A stretch of 64,000 bases of DNA from Marsupella aquatica (Eukaryota > Plantae > Marchantiophyta). The stretch lies in assembly GCA_973895155.1 (NCBI GenBank), contig OZ316895.1, positions 18,485,880 to 18,549,879 of the forward strand. Direction: 5' to 3'. The notes under the pieces are model-generated. The model was not told where the DNA came from and searched no databases. It saw only the letters and a list, made by a program, of their open reading frames with translations. A program made the translations under genes and the position numbers. Every line of letters begins with the position of its first letter. The first letter of the stretch is position 1. This document shows positions 23,184 to 35,330 of the stretch, piece after piece.

Positions 23184-26100
23184 TCACTCCACGCCACCAC
23201 CAAAGCGAAGCCGACCAGCCCGAAACCAATCCTGATGATGAAAAGCAAGCCATTTGCCGGCCCGGCTCACCCGGGCATGACGCTTGCCAAGCGGAAAATG
23301 GCAGCCCACAGCAAACAAGTGATCTGCCGTCTCAGTGAGCACCAAACCAAAATCGAATTTCCTACCAGCACCGGCCCGGAACATATGATCATTACGGGCC
23401 CTCCAAATCATCCACAACATTTGGTAAAGCATAAACAGCTTCACAGAATGAGTAACTTCCTTCCCCAGGGAATCATCCAACAGGGGCAGTAGACCAACAC
23501 CGAAAGGCACCCGCAGAGTCCCAAGCACATCCCTATACATCTGCCAGCACCTGATAGCAAACCTGCATTGAACAAACAGATGTGGCATCGACTCCAGCAG
23601 CCCACTGCAATACTTGCATTCGCCGTTACTAGCTTTAATTCTAAGAGCCCTCTCACCCGTGAACAGACCCCCAACAATCACCCTCCATATGAAGGTCTTG
23701 GCCCTGCAAGAGAGATCGGACCTCCACAGCTGACTCCATCTCTTATTCCACTCCATCTCAGTCCCATTCGATGACCAGATACAGTTCAGACGCTCATAGA
23801 ATGACACAGATGGTCTAAGAAACTCATACACCCTGCAATTTGCAATATCAAAGTTCTTCAGGGGCCCAACCTTATCAGCCCATCTCCACCTCCGAGCCCC
23901 AGGGTCCAGGTTCAGGGTACAGGAGCCAGACACCCAGATCTTCGCCAAAAATGCCTTAGTCAAACCGCGTTGCTCCTCAAAGAACCCCCTCATTTGATGC
24001 CACCGCAGGGGCATCTCCTTCCAACCAGCACTCTCCTTACACCATCCATCCCTAATACTTCTCAAGCCCAGCCTGCCACAAATGGCAGTGATCCCTAATA
24101 TATCCTCGTTTGGCAGCGAGTTAAACTCTGTAATGCATCTCAGGGTATCCTGAATGCTCCAGCGCCTTGGAATACCCCACATCCCAGGTTTGAACGAGAG
24201 ATGTGCTCTCACCTGCTCCCAGGCCTTCCACAGACCAGCGGTATATGAAAGACCACCTCCGGTGCGGGGAGAACACAACAAAAGCTTATCCTTGAGCGAA
24301 TACTAATTCCTGCGTATGACTTTGTAATTCAACCAGCCCATTAAGGAGAGGTTTGCAACAAGCATTCTAGCCCATTCCAGATCAGGGGAATTCAGAGCTT
24401 TAATGAACCACTGTGACAAAAGAGCATCTGAGTGGCTCTTAAATTCTTTAAAGCCCAGGCCACCTTTGACCTTTGGCAGAGACATCTTTGCCCAAGCAAC
24501 CAACGGAATTTTCCTCCCTCCAGCAGGATTATAACCCACAAGAAGTCGCGACTGAGAGCACTCAATTTCATTGCCAACTCGGCTGAAGCCTTGAAATGCA
24601 TGACGTGATAAATTGGGATTGCCTGCAACACATGTTTTACTAATAAGGTCCTCCCTGTAAATGAGAGCAGCTTGTTAGTCCAAGATGCTAGCCGACCGCT
24701 CACTTTATCCAGACAGAATTTGTGAAGTTGCTCCGTCCTCAAACCCACTCCAATGGGGGCCCCAAGGTACTTTTGTATCTCCCCTCTCTGGCAAACGTGA
24801 CATCCAACTTCCAGCAGCCACCGTGGGATGACATTAAGAGCCAGCGGGATCACCACAGATTTACGCAGGTTCAACCGGGCTCCAGAGGCCGTCTCATAGC
24901 ACGCCAACGCCACCGTGGCCTCCTTGAAAGCCAGCTTTGAGGCAGGAATAAACATACCCACATCATCCGCAAATAGACGATAACAGATAGTCAATGTTTC
25001 TGAAATTGCAATACCACTCATCCTACCCGCAGCCAACTCCGCATCTAGGAAGTCCATTAATGGTTGGGTTGAAATGACAAAAAGCAGTGGCGATAGAGGA
25101 CAGCCTTGACGCACACCCCTTAGCAATTCAATCGGCCCAGAGCAATAACCATTCACCAGAACCCTCGATGAAGCATGCGAGAGAAGAGCTTGTACAAGCT
25201 TAATGAAATGACTGCTTATGCCCAATACGTGCATAGTCTCCCATATATACTCATGGTTAACTCGATCAAACGCCTTTTCAAAGTCCAGCTTTAGAAAAAG
25301 TGATTCAGCCTTCTGCTTCTGCACCCAATCGCACGCCAACCATGCCAGTGAAATGTTCTCCAGGATATGACGACCTGGGATAAAACCAGTCTGCTGCGGG
25401 CTGATCATCTGGTTCAATAGAGGCTTCAGCCGCAAAGCCAAGATCTTGGCAATGATCTTGTATACCGTGTTGAGCATCGTGAGCGGTCGCCAGTCTTTAA
25501 GGAGTCGTTTATCAGGTTTTTTCGGAATCAGCTTGATGATCCCCTCCTTGATCCCCCTGTCCAGCTCCCCAGTAAGCCAGAATGCTTGAATCATCTCTAC
25601 CAGATCTTCTCCAATAAAGTCCCAACAAGCACGGTACACCTCTGCAGTCATCTCGTCCGGCCCAGGTGATTTGTCGCAAGGGAGCATCCATAATACATCT
25701 TTCACTTCCTTAGTTGTGGGCAAAGCATCCATTCTCCTCATTGCCCCATTCGAAAGTGCAAACCTCGTGTTCTGCAGAAGCCTTGACCGTTCCCTCCTTT
25801 GCGCCACTCCCTCGTCCCAGGTCATTTCAGGAGGAGAGTAGAGAGCCGAGCACATCCGCTGTACTTCCTTCAGTATAATCCGTGGTTCTATAATCTCCGT
25901 TCCATCGTCTCTTATCAGCAACTTCATTGCTTCCCGAGCTTGCTTCGCTCTGATAGTGGCAAAAAAGAATTTAGAAGATTCCTCTCCTTCTCCCAGCCAT
26001 TTAACTCTTGCAAGTCTACGGCCTCTGTTCGCCACTTCAAATTCTGTCGAATGCAAAGTATCCTCCATTAACACGTAATCCAGAATGTCTGTCTCAGTTT

Positions 26101-27109
26101 GTGAGTCCAAAATGGCATTTTTAAGAGCGCGCAATTTTGCCCTTAAGAACTCCAGTTCTTCCTCCGCCTCCTTTGGTCGTGCCTGCAACGCCTTATAAGT
26201 ACTTCTTAGTTGCATACTTGCCTTGGCAAACCGAAGGTGAGGAACCATGAATCCTCTCCTCCCCTCCTTCCAGGCCAACTCGAGCAGCTCCACGTCGGCC
26301 TGCCTCCTAAGTAAAGCCGGATTTGCCTTGAAAAACTTTGCTTTACCTCTCTCCCCATCAGTACAATTTCCTTGCAGCCGAACCCACAGCATAATCGGGT
26401 CATGATCCGATAATGCAGAACCCCCCTCATGTCGCAACTCCATAATTTTGCCTAGCCACCAGCCTTTGCCGCTAATATAAAAACGGTCCAGTCTGGACTG
26501 CGACCAAACTCCATTCCGGTTCCTTCTCCATGTGAACTTAGCTCCCACAGCACCACCTCTTAGTGTGTACACATCTTCCATGTCAAACCGAACTTTAAGA
26601 AATCTCCAGAACTCCGCCTCCCGGCCACCGATAAGAGATGAGCCACCAATTGAGTCCTGTTGCAACTCAGTCATGTTGAAGTCCCCACAGAGAATCCAAT
26701 TCTCCGCTGGTAGCCCCACCTTGAGGTCATACCACAGCACGGCCCTTTGTCGTGTTGAATTAGGCGCGTAAATTGATACTACTCCCGTCCTTTCTCCATC
26801 AATCTCCAGGATAATCCACACCGCCCGCCCCAGTTTTAACAGTCCCGATGCCACTACCTTCAGCTCCGGGTGAACTAGCAGAGCTGTGCCTCCTCTTCCC
26901 TCATCAGGAGCCGACGAGAAGAATTGATACGTAGGGAGGATAGCCCTCAAAGCCAAATCCAGGCGAAATTGTTCAGCTTTAACTTCTTGTAGAGCCAGGA
27001 TGCTGACAGGGGCCCGTAATGACTGCACCCAATTCTTTACTACATGCTTACGATTTGTCTCACATAAACCACACACATTCCACGATGCCAACAACAGCAA
27101 TTCGCCCAT
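23184..27109 (-). pseudogene. LINE-B ORF2 (endonuclease, RT, zf-RVT)
   Basis: SWNVCGL, GDFN, SDHDP, GVRQGCPLSP, LFADD and CKYC...HLFVQC motifs. Frameshift near 24535 and stop near 24303. Confidence 0.95.
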
Positions 27110-28198
27110 CTAGCCTAAATTGGAATCACCGAAGCAGCGGCCTCCATCTCTGTCTCCGAGTTGAGTTAAATTTGAGCGCGTCCCCCCGGAGACATCTCCA
27201 CATCCGAGCTAATTCTCAGGTTGCCTTAGACCGCAGCAAAAGGTATCAACTTAAGCCGGTTACCACCCCTGTTTACACCAGAGGACCCCTCTCCCACAAC
27301 CTTACCTATCTCCTCTCCATCGGATCGCTCGGTACCTGCCAGCCCTTTGTGTCCCCGTGAGGACCTGTCACCGCCACCTGCATCAGACAAGCATCCTCGT
27401 GAGAAGCTTAGGGAACGTTGTTTCTTGGAATCACCTTTCAGTTTGTCTTTGGTAACAGTGGGAGGAGTTCTCAGCTCCTGCTTCCGTGCTCTGGCCTTGA
27501 GTTTACTGTTTGAAATGTAAGTCTCATATTCAGACATCTCTGCGTCCGAATCGCCATGATACGAGAAAGCTTCTTTGCCAGAGTCCCCCCGATTAAAGTC
27601 AGAGGCCTGTAGCAGTCCAGAGTTCCCTTGCTCCGCAGGCAAAGGGGGCGGCTCAAAAATCAAAGCCTTGGCATCCAGCACAGTCTCCTTCCTTCCATAC
27701 TTGCTCCTGCATGCCAATGGGAGAACCACCTCCACCGGAGCTAACTCATTTCTAGCCACCACTGCCAAGGGCATCCCCGCATTCAGATGAACAGGCTCAC
27801 CTGTCATTAAGCCCGAACCCTCAGCCTGGTTTTTGAGCCTGCTACTCTCAGAGACCATCCTCTTGATCTGCTCCATATCTACCTCCATAGCCTTCCTCTG
27901 CTGGTTTTCCACCTGCAATGCCCTGGCCTCCCTGAATTCCGCCCTGGCCTTGGCATTATCCAAAGCCCGTTGAGCCTCATCCGCATCTGCTTCTGAATGG
28001 CGTTCATCATCCTTCTCATCTGGAATCTCTGCTTCAACCACCATAGGCGGCTCATATGCCCTTGATTCTCCGCAATTACGCGCCAGGTGACCCTTCTTAT
28101 TACATTTATAACAGTGATATGGAATGTTGCGAAATGTCACTGGTTGCCATATCACGATATCATCCCTAATTCAAATTCTAACACTAGCAGGGACCTCC

Positions 28199-31100
28199 TG
28201 TGATGCCTAGACAGGAATCACTCGGCCAGTTAAGGGGGTAGAGCAGGAAGGCACCCTAGAAACACCTTAGTATAGGGACAAAACAAGGAAAATATAAACA
28301 ATTAGGGGCGACCATGGAACCCGAGCCGAGGCCGGAGGTAAGGACGCTGGGGGTGAAAACTCGATTAGGGTTAGGGCGCGTTAAGCGTCGGCGGCTAGGA
28401 AGGATCAATGGGAGGAAGGACCGGAAGGCCGGAGGGGTAAGGAGCGCTTGCAGGAGATGGTGGCTCATTTGCGAGCACGAACTAGGCAGACGACTACGGG
28501 AGGCCAACTACTGTCAGCTGCTTAGGCAAGCACTCGGGGAGAGAGTAGATACCGACGAGCGACCTAAGGAGGGTATGAGCAACGTCAATCAAGCGACACA
28601 TTTCTGGGGATGCCTGTTCGAACGGGCAACTGAGTACATCAAGACTTACGAGGACGAGGAATCAGAAAGGGCAGCTCAAGAACGGCAGGAGCTCGCTCGA
28701 TTGTGGGAGCTGCAGAAGACGGCTTTCTTAGGAGGCGAACTCATCAAGGACGAGTTCTTGTGGACTCCTACTTCCAATCAGCTCGACGATCTTCTGTTTT
28801 GCAAAGATAGCGTCGTCGGCATCCGAGAGGCCATCAAGAACGGCAACGACATACACTGGGAATTGAAGGGTAGCACGGAAAGGTGGACCCAGGCAACGGT
28901 GCTAGGAGAAACCTCCACGGCAGCAGAGATGAAGAGGAAGGGAGCCGTCAACGATGAAGCCACCCCGGCAAAAAGAACGAGGTCGGCGGCACCAAAGAAG
29001 CCAGCCGAGCAGCAGAGCAGGAGGCAGGGAGAAGCCGAAGAGGAGGAGGTTGATCCCATCAAGGCCATTCCAACCAGGGATGACACTTGGAAGGGCTGGG
29101 CGGCAACCCTACCGGTGGAGGTGCAACTACATTTTGCACGGGAGGAGGATGCATGCTTTACGGCCATGCAGACCAAGAAGTACCAAGGCTTCATGGCCGG
29201 ATCCGGCTTAGAGGCCTTTGTAAGATTACCATGGCTGAAGCCGGAGGTACCGGAGTCAGACCTATTAGAATTCATGGGGTCATGGGAACCCGAGACCAAT
29301 TGCACGAGGATATATGGGAAGGATTTCTATCTTACTCCCAAAGTGATTGCTGAAGTGTTTGGCTTGCCGATAGGCAATAAGACCAAAGTTGATACCAGGA
29401 AGACCTTGCCTGACAAGGAGTTCCGGTCGTTCCCCGGGCCATCAACGAAGAATGGCTTCTTCCGGAACACCTGCACCAACTCGCACATAGGAGAGATGAT
29501 CGACTTCTTGAGGGTGACCATGCATTGTAACTTGCCGAGGGCAGAGATCGGCAAGGCACAGGTCTATCTGGCAGAGAGGCCAGACCTAAGCTGGGACTAC
29601 AACGGGTACCTCCTCAACCAATTGAAGAAGATCTTAAAGGAGGAGCAGTAGGTAATCGGCATGGGGAGCGTGTCGCGGCTTGGCTATCACATGCCGCTGT
29701 TGTGCCGGTATGCCAGAGGTCAGACTTTTGCCCTAGTACTTCCCCTGCAGGTAAGGGCACCCGAGGAAGCTCCAGCACCGAGGCCGGTAGCAGAGAAGCC
29801 TCAACCACCTGTTAGCCCTACGATCGAGCAGGTGTTTAGGCCAAGGAAGGAGGACTTGCCGATGCAGCAACCAGGCATGCAGAGTCTGCTGAAACTACTG
29901 GAGAAAGAAAAGAGATCGGCATCGGCAACGACAACGGCAATGGCAACAATGCAGGACACTACTCCAGAGGTAGGCCTACACCGGCTCACAAGAGAAAACC
30001 CCTTTGCTGGAGACAAGGAGAGAATCAGGCCAGAATCCAAGCCAGGTGTTCGAATGTATGTGGGAGTCTCAAGCTCTGAATCTGAGGCAGAATTGCCTGA
30101 AGCTCCTACCGACGAAGAGGAGAGGGAGAAGCCGGACGTCCAAGAAGTAGAGGAGGCAGTGGAGGACTTCAGCCATGATAACTCCGGCTATGGGTCGGAC
30201 CATCACGTTCCAGGAGTAAGGACCTGTGGCCGGTTTGTCCCCACACTTCCAAGGGTAGTACGAGGGGACCCCAACCAGCAGAGTAGCCCTGAGTCTCCCC
30301 CACCAGATGTTGCTCCCACGAGCTTCGACGGCATAAAACAGACGGCGCAGGAATTTCAGGAGCGAATCAGGCAGGAAGAGAAGGCAGCCCTGGCCAGGGA
30401 AAAGGATTTGCCAGGAGGAGATTGGCCGGAGGACATCAGGCGGCTAGCCGAAAAAGGAAGCAAACCTCTAGCCACGATTGAAGAGATCCGCAAGATGGCT
30501 TGGGAGCAGAGGCCGCGATGGGCGATGCCGATCACTTCTACTTACTCCACCTACGCTAAGAATAGAGCCATGGAGTATGGTGAGATGTGTGGGGAACTTG
30601 CGCTCGACATCTTTGGAGAGGAGTTGGAGGTAGGACCCTTTTTCCATAGGGAGCAGTTGGAGAAGCACCAATTAGAAGAAGCGGTGGCTTTAGAGAGAAG
30701 CAAGAAGGACGAGGTCATTCGACGGCTTAGGAGGATGGAAGCCGAGATTGAAGATCTAAGGGCGGCCAAGAAAGCCCAAGATGAACTACGGATTAAACGG
30801 CATGAGCTGAACATTATGCAGGGGCAGTTGGACACCGCGCAGGCTGATAATCAGAATATCAAGGATAAACTAACTCAGACGCAGGGAGAGTTGGCCGATA
30901 CGATCAAAGAGAGGGAGAAGTGGAAGCGAGAGCTGAGGAATGCAGAGGAGGCCCACATAACAGCCAACAGCCGGGCCATGGCGGAGACCCAAAGAAAGGA
31001 ATGGGCGTTGAAGGGGGAGCTCGAGAAAATCCGCGGAGCCCTTGAGCAGAAGGAGGCCGAGTTAGGAAAATCCAATCAAGGGATTATGGCGCTGCAGCAG

Positions 31101-32869
31101 GAGCTTGCGTCCCTGACGGCCAGCTTCAAGGCCGACCTAAGGGAGAAGGACAAGATGCTCGATCAGACTTACGCCAAGATGAACCAGATGGAGTCTGTCA
31201 TCATTGCAGAGCTCGACAAGGAGCTAAGAGCAACCCGGGAGGAGAGGGCTACCTTGAAGAAAGAACGGGAGGAAGCCCAGAAGGAACTAGAGGAGGCGCG
31301 CAAGGACCTGGATGAGACCCAGGAGGAGTTGGAGGAAATCACGAGGAAGATGGAGAACCTCCAGCGGCGGGCCGACAACCAAACAGAGCGGCTGAAGAAA
31401 CAAGCCGCAGTATTTAGGTGCTTGTCTTCATCAGGCCCAACTCCAATTGGGGCAACCAAGTTACCAGGAGTGGTACTGGCCGAAGAAAAAGCCGCGCCAC
31501 TTGCACCAGTGCCGGAAGTAAGTGGGAAGGGGAAGGGACCAGCTGCCAAACCAGAAAAGAAGAAGAAATGGAAACCTTCAGGGTCAAGGAGTAATCCGAC
31601 TCCACAGGCCGTGGTGACCAAGGAGGTAGACCCAGCACCAACCTCCGGCATGAACACGGCAATAGATCCCGCTATCATGAAAGGTGGGGATGGTGCGGCC
31701 CAAGCAGAACTACTCAGTAATGAGGCCGGTATCCCAGATCCGCCTCTTGAGCAGGCCGGGGAGACCGTAGCCGAGGCTGAGGCCGTAGCCGATTATGATT
31801 CCCGAGGCGATGCCGATGCCGATGGTGGACCCAGTCAGGCCGATGGAGAGTTGACTCAGTCAAGGGCAGGTAATCTGTCAGAAAACGAACCTACGGCAGT
31901 GGCTGAGGAGGAAGCATTGGGGGCGTCCATTGAGGATCCACCACCGGTGTCGTGACGGTGCAAGGGCGCCGTTCCTTTTAGGAAGGGCGGACGTGGAGGG
32001 AAGAGGCGTGAGTGGGCAGGGCGGGCGCTGATCTCCAAGTTTAGGATTAGGATCAGGACCAGGAGGCGGCCCTGACACTTAGCTTAGTGGGATTGCGGTT
32101 CCACTGGTAGGAGCAACACTTGTGCTCCTGCCTTGCTGTACATAGGTAGATCCGGGCAAGTAGATTACTGTTAGGTAGTTTAGGCTTACGCTGCAAGGAA
32201 TTAGGCGGATCCACTACCAGGATAAGTACCTGGGCAGCGGGGAGCTCAGGGCCTCTTCTTTAGCAAGTTTTTAGTTTGCACCAGCCGGGCTGGGATCAAG
32301 TAGTAAGAGAAGCTCTCGGTTAGTCATACAGTGACCCTTGTGTATATTCATGTTTCCTCATGCCTAAGAGCTGAATAGAGTTGGCCTCACGGCTTAGTTT
32401 GCAGAGCTTGTGTATGAGATGTATTGTTTGTATGGCAAGTGCATGGTATGACTCAGTCAGAAGGAGTCATTTTGCTATTTGTGTGTCGCATTAACTTGTG
32501 TGAAGAGTGCCCACATCAACTAAAAGGAAGGAAAGTAAGCAGGGGAGTGAGAGTTGGATGTGTCGAGCTGAGAGAGGTCTTAGCGGCTAACCAAGCCTAT
32601 TGGGGATCATTCCGGCGGCAGAATCCAAACATACCTAACAAGACGGAGGGGAAGACGAGGGAAGGCCTAGATTAGGCCGGCTACGTATCTCATGACCCGA
32701 TGAAGGATCTGTCCTGTATATGTGTGTAAAATGTTAATAGTAGTAGTGGAAGGTTAGCAGCGTCCCATGCCGCTAAGCCGCGGAAACGGCCTCGCCAAGC
32801 GCGAAACCTGCGGGAATCGGCTTGAGCTGGGGGGTTTCTTGGGTTTAGGGAGCCATGGGACGCACCACA
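28199..32869 (+). mobile_element. Complete 4,671-bp solo LTR of family X
   Basis: Termini TGTGATGC...GCACCACA (7/8 inverted), perfect 5-bp TSD CCTCC (28194-28198 and 32870-32874). No gag/pol and no internal terminal direct repeats noticed. Confidence 0.9.
28314..31955 (+). CDS. LTR-encoded ~1,213-aa protein (basic N-terminus, PMD/plant-transposon-like core, acidic/Pro linker, long coiled coil); one premature stop
   Basis: ORFs 28314-29651 and 29661-31955 share a frame; the TAG at 29649 is CAG in copy 1 and CAA in copy 3. Confidence 0.85.
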
Positions 32870-35009
32870 CCTCCCGATCCGTGTCCCAAAGAATGCACGC
32901 TCTATCATGGGGGAAGGAGCTAAACTGATCTCCCTGGATGTAGTAAAGCAGAGGGCCCAGTGAGCAAGCAATCTGCCTCCTGCATCCCTCCAATGCAAGA
33001 TCCCGAAAAGGAAGCTCTATCCATACCGGCAGCTTAGTGAATGTCTCATTTTTAATGTCAAAAGAGGGGTCCCATGGGAACGTGTATACAAATCTCCGAT
33101 CCATAAACCATGGGGCAGAGTTTAGCGCCATGTCCCGATGATCCGGATGCTCAAAGACAATCATATAAAACCCCTTCCCCACAAATTTTATCTGGAGGAC
33201 CGGCCAATTACCTTGGCTAGTCATCACCTCCTCCACCCACTCTCGAAACACCTGTAGCAGAGGTGGCTTGTCCGTGAAGAAGCACATAAGTGCACAATTA
33301 TACAGTTGTCTCACGTTGAGAGCAGCTTCCGCCATAGTCCAATCGAGAGTTGTGAAAAGCTTCTTATCAAGATTCCCTTTAGATCGAATCCCAATATTTT
33401 GTAGAATTCGCACACATTCCTCAGAAGCCTCCTCCTCAACAGGAATCCTCAGCTCCCCCAGTGTAGACTCCTGTCGGCCCACATCTCTCAGCGCATTTTC
33501 TGAGTCCCGCCATATATGCCCCCCTACTACAGGATCACCTCCAGGCATCTCGCTTTCCACGTCCATCAGATCTCCCCAGTCCAGACGCGCTTGTGAGTCT
33601 ACAATGCTTCTAATCCCGATAGCCGAGCTACTGCCACCTCTGACCGGCAGTAAACCCTGGCTCACCTCCGAATCTCGCCTGGCATCTTGAGCCGAGAATC
33701 GCTCCCGCAACCCCCCATTTTTGTCCCCTGAATGCTCCTTTCTTCCAGGGTCCTCTGCCTCGCCAGTGCCACCATACTGAAGCTCCACGGGCCCCCTCTC
33801 AAGCTGCCTCCCGAACTCACCCATCTCCCTACCGGTTGTAGGAATGCGTCCGCCTCTCACCCCTCTATCCCTCACCAAGGGTTCCACCTTTCCGTAGTAA
33901 TCCATTGTTGCCATAGTATCTTCCCTGCTTCCACAGTCGCAAGGTAACAGCAATGCAACCAAGCGAAAGGTAAGAAAACAAATTGGACGTACCTTCTCCC
34001 ACTTCAGAGCGGCTCCCAATCAGAATCCCCACATCTCCCAATCACTTACATACATATGATCTCTGGAGTCACGATGAGCTGCTCCACCACAATTTCAGAG
34101 TGACACCGCAATAGTGCTCCTCTGAGATCCTAGTGAAGAATCCCACAGTACAGCGCAAATGCCCACCTATCTTCTAGAGTCAGAATCCACCAGAACATTC
34201 CTCCCGTTTTGACTCCCGAAAAAGACGTGGTATAGCATCCTCCTGGTGCAGCGGCCCTGTGCCAATGTCACCCTTATACCCCACCAAATGCGCTCCACGG
34301 GGACCAACCTCAGCAAGAAAGTGTCCCCTCATCCACCGCCTTGAAGCGGCAGAGTCCACTGTTGCATAGTGACCTTACTGGCACAACCTAAATCTTGCTA
34401 CAGCCGCGATAACCCCCAGCCAAGATACCTGGGTCAAATCAACTCTCACTTGTCACCGCCTATCTAAACGCTTATGCCATCCTTCTGGGCAGCACAGCTC
34501 GAATCTCCGCATTCCAATCCGGATCCCTTCCTATCACTCGTTAAGTGTATACACAGCCCACACGTTAAGTGTATACACAGCCCGGCGCCGCCTGTGCGCC
34601 TTTTCAGTTCAGCTCAGTCTCCGACATATTCTCCATCAAATTTCTCCTCCCCCCCTGCCTCTATCGGGGGCTGCTCTATATACTCTCATACTGAGCCCAA
34701 ATGGGTGGATACTACGCTGCTGGAGCCCCATCCCAGCCCTAATAGAGCCGCCACTATCTCTAACTACTGAACCCTAACTCGCAATTTTATTTCTATCTCG
34801 AATTGGCTATGTACTTTGGATTCGGCCCTCCTCCATAGTTTTTGCGAGCTTGCGCCTCCTCTCCCGATTTCTCTATTCAACCATTTTCTGCGTGGATAGC
34901 GGCGTTGGAAGCGGCTTGAGCTCCTCTTTCCAACGAGGTCAATTATAGCCGATTTGGTCAAATACACAGAGAGTTATGCCCCCGCAACCGAGAGGGGTAC
35001 TCACTGCTG

Positions 35010-35330
35010 CGCTAACCCAAGTTACATAGCTAACCCGAGTTTGGCTAACCTAGATATCCTATCTAACCCGAGTAGAGCTAACCCGTGGTCTCGGGTTAGG
35101 CCGCTACCCGCTATCCGCTATCCGCTAACCTAGCCTAAGCTGAGCCCAAACCCGAGCTTACCTATGCTAAGCTGAAGCCGTGCTGACCTGAGCTAAGCTG
35201 AAGCCGTGCTGACCTGAGCTAAGTTGAAGCCGTGCTTACTTGAGCTAAGCTGAAGCCGTCCTGACCTGAGCTAAGCTGAAGCCGTGCTCACATAAGCTAA
35301 GCCATGGTCGAGCTTGGGTTAACCCGAAAC
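35010..35330. repeat. Tandem 26-bp repeats and TAACCC-rich motifs inside LTR Y
   Basis: GCTAAGCTGAAGCCGTGCTGACCTGA about five times (35166-35300), preceded by repeated CTAACC(C). Confidence 0.85.

Larger units (their letters stand above)
27226..33914 (-). pseudogene. LINE-B ORF1, split by the solo LTR
   Basis: ...RACILWDTDRE | VPASVRI*IRDDIVIWQPVTFRNIPYHCYKCNKKGHLARNC rejoins in frame once 28199-32874 is removed, matching LINE-A ORF1. Confidence 0.9.
22973..34647 (-). mobile_element. LINE-B, full-length decayed L1-type element (~7.0 kb net)
   Basis: Perfect 15-bp direct repeat TCCCCCCCTGCCTCT at 22958-22972 and 34648-34662; short A-tail at ~22985; ORF1/ORF2 homologous to LINE-A. Confidence 0.88.

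Noticed and set aside
1-31600. Large inverted repeat between 1-3404 and 28199-31600 as a giant DNA transposon or inversion
   Set aside because: The right copy has its own TSD inside LINE-B and the left follows an integrase and PPT, so these are independent LTR insertions.
35010-35160. Interstitial telomere
   Set aside because: Only scattered TAACCC hexamers, not a tandem telomeric array.
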